Assembly: GCA_963822475.1 (NCBI GenBank)
Contig: CAWGHT010000013.1
Coordinates: 230,226 to 294,225, forward strand
From: an uncultured Actinomycetota bacterium
Lineage (GTDB): Bacteria > Actinomycetota > Actinomycetes > Propionibacteriales > Kribbellaceae
DNA: 64,000 nt
Direction of reading: 5' to 3'
The notes under the pieces were generated by a model that saw only the letters and a list, made by a program, of their open reading frames with translations, ran no database searches and was not told the origin of the DNA. Shown one piece after another: positions 39,256 to 46,796 of the stretch; position 1 is the stretch's first letter; each line of letters opens with the position of its first letter. Position numbers and translations under genes: made by a program.

Positions 39256-41184
39256 CTAGAGAAGTTCGGCGTCCTGCTCGATGCAGAGCAGGGTGGGTCC
39301 GGTGGCGGCGAACAGTTGGGTCATCGCGTCGTCGAGCGCGGCGCGGCGGGTGACGCGGATACCGGTGGCGCCGCAGAGTTCGGCGTACGCCGCCCACTCG
39401 GGGTTCTGCAGCGAGGTGTGCCAGACGGGGTAGTCGGCGGCGAGTTGTTCCTTGCTGATCTTGCCGAGCGAGTGGTTGTCGAGCAGCACGTGCTTGATCG
39501 GGATGCCGTACTTCACGGCGGTTGTCAGCTCGGCGGCGTACTGGCCGAATCCGCCGTCGCCGGTGACGGCCACGATCGGCCGGCCGGGTGCGGCGGCCCA
39601 GGCGCCGAGGGCCGCCGGGTAGCCGAAGCCGATCGAGCCGAGGTAGCCCGACATCAGCACCGGCTGGCCCTTCGACTCCAGGTACCGTCCGAGCGAGTAC
39701 GCGTGGTTGCCGACGTCAACAGTCAGCACGGCATCCGCCGGCAGGTGCCGGGAGAGGGCATCGAACACGGCCGCAGCCGAGACGCCGCGGCCGCGGTCGT
39801 CGTTCACCCGGCGCGCCTTCTCCGCGCGCCAGATCGCCCAGCGTTCGGCGAGGTCGGGGCGCTGATCGTCCGCCTTGGTGTCGGTGAGCCTGCCGGTCAG
39901 GTCGGCGAGGGCGAGTCCGGCGTCGCCGAGGACGTCGACGGTGACGGCGTCGAAACGGCCGATCGCCGTGTGGTTGTCGTCGATCTGGATGATCGGCTTG
40001 TAGGCCGCGATGCCGGTGTGGTTCGAGAACGAGGCGCCGACCACGATGAGCAGGTCCGACTCGTTCATCAGCCAGCTGGCGACCGGCGTACCGCTTCGGC
40101 CGAGCACCCCGGCGCCCAGCGGATGCGTGTCCGGTACCAGACCTTTGGCTTTGAACGTGGTCAAGACCGGTGCGTTCAGGTGCTCGGCCAGCTCGCGTAC
40201 CTGGTCCTCTGCCCCGCGCGCGCCGTGCCCGACGACCAGCACCGGTCGGCGGGCGTCGCGGATCATCGCAGCGGCCCGGGCCAAGGTGTCGTCGTCGGGC
40301 CGGATCCGCCGCCGCGACAGCCGTCCGGCGGGACCTTTCGCCGGACTCTCGGACGGAAGGACCTGGACTTCGTCCGGCAGCACCAGGTGGGCGACGCCGC
40401 GGCCGTCGATCGCGTGCTTGACCGCCAGCGCCGCCAGCTCGGCGTGGTCGCTGCCGGACTGCACTGCTGTACTGGAGACCGCGACGTCCTTGAAGACCGC
40501 GGTCAGGTCGAGGTCCTGGAACGCGCCGCGGCCGAGGACGTTCGACGGGACCTGACCCGAGATCGCGACCACGGGCGCCTCGTCGAGCTTGGCGTCGTAC
40601 AGACCGGTGAGCAGGTTGGTCGAGCCCGGGCCGGCGATCGCGAAGCAGGCCGCAGGGCGTCCGGTCAGCTTGCCGTAGGCGCTGGCGGCGAAGGCGGCCG
40701 CTCCTTCGTGCCGGATGCCGATGTAGGTCAACTCGCCGCGTTCCTCGGCCCGGCGCATCGCCTCGGCGAACCCGAGGTTGGAGTGCCCGACCATGCCGAA
40801 GACATGACTGATGCCATGAGCAACCAATGTCTCGACGAGTACGTCCGCCACCGTCCGGACCTGCCGCGGTGGGTCCGGCAACTGCACATAGACACCGTCG
40901 GCACGCTCGTCCACCGGGTACGACGGGACGCTGTCGGAGAATCCCTCCGGCGGCTGCCCGGTGATCGGGTCGTAGTCGTAGCCATGCCATGGGCAGCGCA
41001 GCAGACCCTTCTCGATCGAGCCCTCACCCAGCGGCCCGCCTTGGTGCGGGCACCTGTTCTCCAGTGCACCCAGCCGGACCCCGCATCGGGCGAGCGCGAT
41101 GCTTCGACCATCCACCACCACACTGCGGACTCGTCCATCCGCCGGTACGTCGACCTCGTCCACGCGATGCCAGTTCGCTGTCAT
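39256..41184 (-). CDS. Rieske [2Fe-2S] domain fused to a ThDP-dependent enzyme (pyruvate oxidase/acetolactate synthase-like)
   Basis: CPHQGG...CPWHG; IRHEGAAAF; GDGG...DN ThDP motif. Confidence 0.9.
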   Translation of the reverse strand: MTANWHRVDEVDVPADGRVRSVVVDGRSIALARCGVRLGALENRCPHQGGPLGEGSIEKGLLRCPWHGYDYDPITGQPPEGFSDSVPSYPVDERADGVYVQLPDPPRQVRTVADVLVETLVAHGISHVFGMVGHSNLGFAEAMRRAEERGELTYIGIRHEGAAAFAASAYGKLTGRPAACFAIAGPGSTNLLTGLYDAKLDEAPVVAISGQVPSNVLGRGAFQDLDLTAVFKDVAVSSTAVQSGSDHAELAALAVKHAIDGRGVAHLVLPDEVQVLPSESPAKGPAGRLSRRRIRPDDDTLARAAAMIRDARRPVLVVGHGARGAEDQVRELAEHLNAPVLTTFKAKGLVPDTHPLGAGVLGRSGTPVASWLMNESDLLIVVGASFSNHTGIAAYKPIIQIDDNHTAIGRFDAVTVDVLGDAGLALADLTGRLTDTKADDQRPDLAERWAIWRAEKARRVNDDRGRGVSAAAVFDALSRHLPADAVLTVDVGNHAYSLGRYLESKGQPVLMSGYLGSIGFGYPAALGAWAAAPGRPIVAVTGDGGFGQYAAELTTAVKYGIPIKHVLLDNHSLGKISKEQLAADYPVWHTSLQNPEWAAYAELCGATGIRVTRRAALDDAMTQLFAATGPTLLCIEQDAELL

Positions 41185-41270
41185 GTAACGTCTCCCACCC
41201 TCCGCGACACGGACCTTCTGATGGGTCAGTGCCTGCCACGTGCCAGGCGTTACAGGAGGAGACTGCAGTC

Positions 41271-41900
41271 ATGGACGAACGTTCGCTCGCCGTAACCCGA
41301 CGCTCGCTGCACGGTGTCGCCGAGCTGATCCTCGCCGGATCTCAGCATCGCAACGGCGGCGGGATCAGGCTGCGGATCTTGCCGGGCGGGTTCGGCACGG
41401 TCAACGCCCCGGACCTCCGGGTCGAGACCGACACTCTTGTCACCCCGACCGGATCAATCCGGCTGATCGGCACGTACACCGAGGTGGCGGCGGCCGCCGG
41501 AGTCGGCGTGCACCGGCTCGACGACGTCTACTCCGGCGGGCCGAAGATCCCCCCGGACGAGCAGGTCGAGGTCGACCCGGTGGCGGCCCGGCTGCTCGCC
41601 GACGCGTTCGCCCGCGGGGACACCGCGCTGCGGACACTCGACCCGCTGCAAACGCCCGTTCTCTGGCCTGAGCACTTCGACGTCGGCATCACCTTGGACG
41701 AGGTCAACTACGGCGTATCGCCCGGTGACGACGGCATTCCGGAGCCGTATGCCTACGTCGGCCCCTGGACACCACGGACCGGCGACTTCTGGAACGCAAC
41801 TTTCGGCGCCACCCGACTGATGACCGAGCTCCCCGAGACGGCTGCCCTCACCGACTTCTTCACGACCGGCCGATCCCTCGCCGCCTTGCCCGCGAACTGA
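41271..41900 (+). CDS. Conserved actinobacterial hypothetical protein
   Basis: RBS AGGAG; LWPEHFDVG, EPYAYVGPW. Confidence 0.7.
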   Translation: MDERSLAVTRRSLHGVAELILAGSQHRNGGGIRLRILPGGFGTVNAPDLRVETDTLVTPTGSIRLIGTYTEVAAAAGVGVHRLDDVYSGGPKIPPDEQVEVDPVAARLLADAFARGDTALRTLDPLQTPVLWPEHFDVGITLDEVNYGVSPGDDGIPEPYAYVGPWTPRTGDFWNATFGATRLMTELPETAALTDFFTTGRSLAALPAN

Positions 41901-42063
41901 TCCACACCACCACCGAGACGAGCAACACCAGCGAGAAGCCGATCAGCAGCGGCCACGCGAGTGGCTTGGTCGAGTCGAACTCGTCACGGGGCCGGAGCAC
42001 GGCAAGCAGGATCAGGCCGACCATCACGATCTCCACCTCGAGCATCCGAGCAGTCGTCTGCAT
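41860..42063 (-). pseudogene. C-terminal fragment of a membrane protein
   Basis: Two TM-like segments flanking RPRDEFD; no upstream continuation. Confidence 0.4.
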
Positions 42064-42164
42064 CAGATGGATCGGAGGATTCGAGGAGGTTCTGACCTCG
42101 GCGAGGATGCGATTGGTCCAGGTGGTGAGGAAAGGTCGGGCGGTGGGCGTGACACTGACGAGGT

Positions 42165-42668
42165 ATGTCTACGGAAGCTGTTGCTAATTCGGTGCAGTTG
42201 CCGCCGTTGGGGAATCCGAACGAGCGGGCGGCGGTTGGTGCGGAGTTGCAGGTGGTGCTGCAGGATCTGATCGATCTGTCGCTGGTCGGGAAGCAGTTGC
42301 ACTGGAGTGTGGTCGGGGCGGCCGCTCATGGTGTGCATCTGTTCCTCGATGAGTTGGTGGGGGAGTGGCGCGAGCTGGCAGATGTTGTGGCTGAGCGTGC
42401 GGTGACGTTGGGTTTCGTGCCCGATGGACAGAGTTCGGCGGTGGCGGCCGGGTCGCGGGTGGAACCTGTGGCGGTGCGGTCGCTGGTCGATCATGCGGTG
42501 GTCTGGGAGTTGGGTCGGCGGGTGGCGGCGGTGGCTGAGCGGATCCGGGCGCGGCTCGAGTCGATCGGGGCTGCGGATCTGGTGACGCAGGATGTACTGG
42601 TCAGGGTGGTTGGGGCGTTGGAGAAGCAGCAGTGGCTGTTGCGTGTGCAGCTTGGTGAGAAGGCCTGA
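42165..42668 (+). CDS. dps: Dps-like DNA starvation/stationary-phase protection protein
   Basis: KQLHWSVVG, HLFLDE, DVVAER, LEKQQWLL. Confidence 0.88.
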   Translation: MSTEAVANSVQLPPLGNPNERAAVGAELQVVLQDLIDLSLVGKQLHWSVVGAAAHGVHLFLDELVGEWRELADVVAERAVTLGFVPDGQSSAVAAGSRVEPVAVRSLVDHAVVWELGRRVAAVAERIRARLESIGAADLVTQDVLVRVVGALEKQQWLLRVQLGEKA

Positions 42669-43264
42669 TGGCTGTCACCAGAGGGTTCGTCGGCCGGCGT
42701 ACTGCGGATTCTTCGCGAGTGCCGCCCGGCCAGTACGTCACGCGGGACTTCCCTGTGTTGTCAGCCGGGCCGACCCCGTACACGCCGTTGGACGCGTGGG
42801 ACTTCACGATCCGTGGCGCCGTCGACAGGCCGGTCTCGTGGTCGTGGACAGAGTTCAAGGCGTTGCCCCGCGAGAAGTTCACCGTCGACATCCACTGTGT
42901 GACGAAGTGGACGAAGCTGGACATGGCTTGGTCGGGCGTTTCTCTCGATACGTTCCTGGACGCGACGCCGACCGACGCGGCGCATGCACTGGCGTTCTCC
43001 GACGGCGGGTACACCACAAACATTCCGCTGGCGGACCTGCGCGGTGGGAGGGCCTGGGTCGTCGACGAGTACGACGGGCGGCCGCTTGATCCGGAGCATG
43101 GCGGGCCGGCGCGACTGCTGGTACCGCACCTGTACTTCTGGAAGAGCGCGAAGTGGATCCGTGGTCTGGACCTGCGCCCTACCGATCAACCCGGCTTCTG
43201 GGAGATGTTCGGCTATCACAACTATGGAGACCCGTGGAAAGAGCAGCGCTACTACGGCGATTGA
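42668..43264 (+). CDS. Sulfite-oxidase-like molybdopterin oxidoreductase (no Tat signal)
   Basis: PPGQ, DIHCVTKW, EHGGPARL, YFWKSAKW, GFWE. Confidence 0.9.
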   Translation: MAVTRGFVGRRTADSSRVPPGQYVTRDFPVLSAGPTPYTPLDAWDFTIRGAVDRPVSWSWTEFKALPREKFTVDIHCVTKWTKLDMAWSGVSLDTFLDATPTDAAHALAFSDGGYTTNIPLADLRGGRAWVVDEYDGRPLDPEHGGPARLLVPHLYFWKSAKWIRGLDLRPTDQPGFWEMFGYHNYGDPWKEQRYYGD

Positions 43265-43983
43265 CGTGGCGGACCGGCACGGTGATCTCGACGGCCTTCG
43301 AGACCCCGCGGGTGAAGACGATCACGCTCGCGGTACCTGATTGGCCCGGGCATCGTGCAGGTCAGCACGTGGATGTGCGGCTGACGGCGCCCGACGGTTA
43401 TCAGACGGAACGGAGCTATTCGGTCGCGTCGGCGCCGGAGGACGAGTACCTGTCGCTGACGGTCGAGCGACTCGACGACGGCGAGGTTTCGCCTTATCTG
43501 GTGGACGAGTTGCGAGCAGGCGACGAGCTCGAGTTCCGTGGTCCGGTCGGCGGGCACTTCGTCTGGGACGACGACCTCGGTGGTCCGTTGTTCCTGGTCG
43601 GCGGAGGGTCCGGCATGGTTCCCCTGCGGGCGATGCTTCGGCATCACCGTGCGATCGGCAGCCGGGTGCCTGTCCGGGTCCTGTGCTCGGCGCGCTCGCT
43701 CGAGTTGCTGATCTATCGCGACGAGCTGATGGAGATGGCGGCGTACGACCTCGTCGATGTCTCGATCACGTTGACTCGTGAGGCCCCGAGCAGCTGGCGC
43801 GGCCATCGCGGACGCATCAACCCGATGCTCTTGAGTATGGCCGGGTGGGCAGCCGATCAGATGCCGCTCACGTATATCTGCGGACCGACCGCGTTCGTCG
43901 AGACGGCAGCGGCCGGCTTGGTGGCCTTGGGGTACGACGCGGCGCGGATCCGAACCGAACGCTTCGGCGGAACAGGAGGGTGA
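43261..43983 (+). CDS. FAD/NAD(P)H ferredoxin-reductase-type flavoprotein
   Basis: AGQHVDVRL, RSYS, GEVS, GGGSG, YICGP, ERFG. Confidence 0.9.
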   Translation: MTWRTGTVISTAFETPRVKTITLAVPDWPGHRAGQHVDVRLTAPDGYQTERSYSVASAPEDEYLSLTVERLDDGEVSPYLVDELRAGDELEFRGPVGGHFVWDDDLGGPLFLVGGGSGMVPLRAMLRHHRAIGSRVPVRVLCSARSLELLIYRDELMEMAAYDLVDVSITLTREAPSSWRGHRGRINPMLLSMAGWAADQMPLTYICGPTAFVETAAAGLVALGYDAARIRTERFGGTGG

Positions 43984-43988
43984 CGAAG

Positions 43989-44225
43989 ATGAGACCCCTC
44001 GACGGCAATGCCATGGCGGGCGTCATGCATGACCTCTTCGCACGAGACATGACGACCATGGGCTACAAGTGCACGGGTTGTGGCCGTACCGGGGTCGTGG
44101 CGGAGACGGTGGTGTACAGGTCAGGACCCGGCACCGTGGCGCGATGCAGGGACTGCGACACGATTCTGCTGATGCTCACCGAACGGCACGGGATGTACTG
44201 CGTCGACTTGCCCGGAATGCCATAG
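43989..44225 (+). CDS. DUF6510-like small zinc-ribbon protein
   Basis: LDGNAMAG, CTGC...CRDC. Confidence 0.75.
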   Translation: MRPLDGNAMAGVMHDLFARDMTTMGYKCTGCGRTGVVAETVVYRSGPGTVARCRDCDTILLMLTERHGMYCVDLPGMP

Positions 44226-44330
44226 ACAGCGCGTGGCCGCACCACCTTCACCTTGAAAGGCGCTTGCTGACTGTCCAGCACCCGCCCGACCCGACCGCCG
44301 CCGAGATGGCGAAGCACTTGCCGCCGGCGA

Positions 44331-44417
44331 TCACGAGGTCGTGCCTGCGACGAGTAACTCGTACCTCCGCAACTCGTCGTCCTCGACCACGGTCAGCTCG
44401 CGCTGGGCGTCGTTCAT
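44331..44417 (-). pseudogene. Possible N-terminal relic of a small GNAT (YjdJ-like)
   Basis: LTVVEDDELRRYELLVAG then stop. Confidence 0.3.
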
Positions 44418-44504
44418 GATGGTGGACTGTTCATCTCCAGAAGCGGCAGCAATCGTTGCTCGGTCCCGATAAGCTCGTTTCGTATCCGAGACAGCAAACG
44501 AGGT

Positions 44505-44970
44505 CGATCGCCGCCTGACCGCCCGCGGCGCGGCCACGCGACCCCGGATCGTTGCCGCTGCCGACGAGTTGATTGTCGCTCAAGGGCGTCGCGGCGACCA
44601 CGCTCGACGAGGTGACCGCGGCGAGTGGCGGCTGGGACTATCCGAGTGGGACGAGCAAGTCACAGTTCTACCGGCACTTCAGCGACAAGAGCGCCCTGGT
44701 CCAGGCAGTGATCGCACCGCGGGGCGGCCGGGTCCTCGAGCGCGAGGAGCGTTGTCTCCGCAGGGTCGATTCGCTGAGCGGATGAGGTCGAACGGCACGC
44801 TGTCCGAGGCCGCCGATCCACAAGCGCTGGCGACGGGAATCATGGCTGCTCTCCAGGGTGGTTACGTTCTGGCCCAGGCCGCCCGTGATCCCGGACCGAT
44901 GCAGGTCGCCCTCGACCTTGCGATGAACTCGGTCCGCGCATATGCAAAGCCGGCCGGCAAGAAGAAGTAG
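44505..44970 (+). pseudogene. TetR family regulator pseudogene (frameshifts, 21-bp insertion, internal deletion)
   Basis: TARGAATRPRIVAAA / GVAATTLDEV / SKSQFYRHFSDK / LATGIMAALQGG in different frames. Confidence 0.75.
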
Positions 44971-45059
44971 CCGTCCACACGCTTCCTTCACCCGTCCTGA
45001 TCACGAGGTCGGGGCCGGCCGGGACGCGCCGAGGACATCGGCGTACTCCGGGTGCTTCT

Positions 45060-45284
45060 CGATGACGCCGTGCTAGAGAACCGGTGCGGCCAGGTGGTGG
45101 GTATCGAGGTCAAACGTCATCGACCCCACGATCCGACGACTTCCGCGGCCTCCGGCATCTCCAAGACCGACTCGGCGAAGACTTCATCGCCGGCCTGGTC
45201 CTGCACACGGGCCAGCACACTCTCCCGTTCGGTCCCAAGCTACGCGCCGTGCCGATCAGCGCACTCTGGGACTTGGAGCCCTGA
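45060..45284 (+). pseudogene. C-terminal DUF4143 (PD-(D/E)XK) fragment of an AAA+ ATPase
   Basis: VLENRCGQVVGIEVK then frameshift to DDFRGLRHLQDRLG...GLVLHTG...AVPISALW. Confidence 0.75.
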
Positions 45285-45354
45285 GTGGTACCCCGATTCT
45301 TTGCCGGCGGGAAGCTCGAGCAGGTGTGACCTGGGCTGTTGTGCGCCGCCAGGT

Positions 45355-45376
45355 GTGCTCCGTGAGGGACTCGAAC
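45355..45376 (-). other. tRNA 3'-end-like fragment (possible att site)
   Basis: Minus strand GTTCGAGTCCCTCACGGAGCAC resembles T-loop, T-stem 3' side, acceptor 3' side and discriminator. Confidence 0.35.
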
Positions 45377-45451
45377 TCCCACCCGTCGCCGTGTTCGTCG
45401 ATCGAACAGTGACAGCGCTTCCTGACCTGCTGGTGCAGCGGCGCGTGGGGT

Positions 45452-45486
45452 TTGATGCAGTGAATTCCATGAATCTCAAGGTATTC
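45452..45486 (+). promoter_or_regulatory. Candidate ECF-dependent promoter motif TTGATGCAnnGAATTC (copy 1)
   Basis: 14/16 identical to 63302-63317; about 100 bp upstream of the ECF start. Confidence 0.4.
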
Positions 45487-45564
45487 CGAGCGCCTTGGCA
45501 GCGGGCGTGCAGTGGGGTTACCTTGGCGCGACAGTCCTGGGCCCCTAGGGGAGGGAGCGGCCGG

Positions 45565-46155
45565 ATGGACGTCGCTATTCATGCCGCGGGCGGTGTTCCG
45601 CGTGCCGAGGCGTACTCGCGGTCGCCGTCCGACGCCGATCTGCTGACAAGATGCCGGGAGGGGGACGCTGACGCCTGGGAAACGCTGGTGAATCGCTATC
45701 AACGGCTCGTCTACACCGTTGCACGGCGCAACGGGCTGGGGCGCGATGACGCTGCGGACGTCACGCAGACCGTGTTCGTTGCCCTACTGGAGTCGGGCGC
45801 CAGTATCCGCGATCAGGAGCGGTTGCCGTCGTGGCTGATGACAGTCGCTCGCCGGCAGGCCTGGCGGTTGCGGTCACGTCGTGATCACGAATCGCCGCAG
45901 CCGGACCCGGGCACCGATCTGGCCGACGAGCTGGACAGGTTCGCCGACTGGGAAACGGTCGCCGTGGTGCACGAGGCCTTGGCGCGGTTGGGGCAGCCGT
46001 GCCGGGATCTGGTCGTCTGGTTGTACCTCGATGCCGCCAACCCGTCGTACGCCGAGATCGCGGCTCGGATGGGCAAGGCGATCGGTACGATCGGACCGAT
46101 GCGTGCGCGCTGTCTGCAGACCCTGCGCACGTTCCTCCCTGAGGAGTCATGGTGA
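45565..46155 (+). CDS. ECF sigma-70 factor (CHAT-associated type)
   Basis: DAWETLVNRY, DAADVTQTVF, WLMTVARR, SYAEIA...GTIGPMRARCL. Confidence 0.92.
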   Translation: MDVAIHAAGGVPRAEAYSRSPSDADLLTRCREGDADAWETLVNRYQRLVYTVARRNGLGRDDAADVTQTVFVALLESGASIRDQERLPSWLMTVARRQAWRLRSRRDHESPQPDPGTDLADELDRFADWETVAVVHEALARLGQPCRDLVVWLYLDAANPSYAEIAARMGKAIGTIGPMRARCLQTLRTFLPEESW

Positions 46156-46796
46156 TGACGCGGTTCGAGTTGCTGGCCGACTGGATCGACGATCGGCTCG
46201 GTCCACCGGAGGCGGCCGCGGTCGAGGCGATGGTGGCGGAAGCACCCGAGCTCGCGGCCGCGGCGACCTGGTTGCGCAAGTTCGAGCGGGCAGCGGAGGA
46301 GTTGCCGCTCGAGGATCCGCCGGCGATCGTCGGGCAGCGGCTTCGGCAGTACTTCGACCGTCGGAACGCCGGGTTCGTTGTGCCAACGCCGCTTCCCGAG
46401 CTATGCGCCGAGATGGTGTCCGACAGCCGGCGCGATCTCGCGGTGTCGGGAGTGCGGGCGGTCGGGGCGAGCGATCAGACGATCCAGCTCGCCTATCGCA
46501 GCAGCCGCGCGGACCTCGTGGTCGACATTCACCGCCTCGGGCGTGGGCGCAACCGCCTCGACGGACAATTGCTGCCGACCGAATCAGGCGCCGCCAGGAT
46601 CGCTGAGGTCGTCGCCGCCGGAGTCGGCACCGAATTCACCGCATTGAACGGCGACGTGCTCGGCCGATTCTGTCTGGCGGACGTACCGGACGGGCGCTAC
46701 GAATTGCGCGCGTCGAACGGCGAGTTCGTCGTCATCGCCGAGGTGGCGATCGAGGCCGATCCGACCACAGCGACTCCCGGACCCGAGCTTTCCTGA
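46149..46796 (+). CDS. Putative soluble anti-sigma: ASD-like N-terminus plus C-terminal carboxypeptidase-regulatory-like beta-sandwich
   Basis: ELLADWIDDRL...EAAAVEAMV helical N-terminus; RLDGQL...GRFCLADVPDGRYEL; no TM. Confidence 0.6.
   Translation: MVMTRFELLADWIDDRLGPPEAAAVEAMVAEAPELAAAATWLRKFERAAEELPLEDPPAIVGQRLRQYFDRRNAGFVVPTPLPELCAEMVSDSRRDLAVSGVRAVGASDQTIQLAYRSSRADLVVDIHRLGRGRNRLDGQLLPTESGAARIAEVVAAGVGTEFTALNGDVLGRFCLADVPDGRYELRASNGEFVVIAEVAIEADPTTATPGPELS

Larger units (their letters stand above)
34658..45376. mobile_element. Decayed tRNA-Thr-anchored genomic island; right boundary uncertain
   Basis: tRNA plus integrase relics, several gene fragments, accessory stress cargo. Confidence 0.6.

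Noticed and set aside
38389-41295. 968-aa + strand ORF (likewise 257..1735, 2565..4154, 11630..13342, 24926..27061, 21001..22374)
   Set aside because: Antisense shadows of real genes in high-GC DNA; Arg/Gly/Pro-rich with no domain motifs
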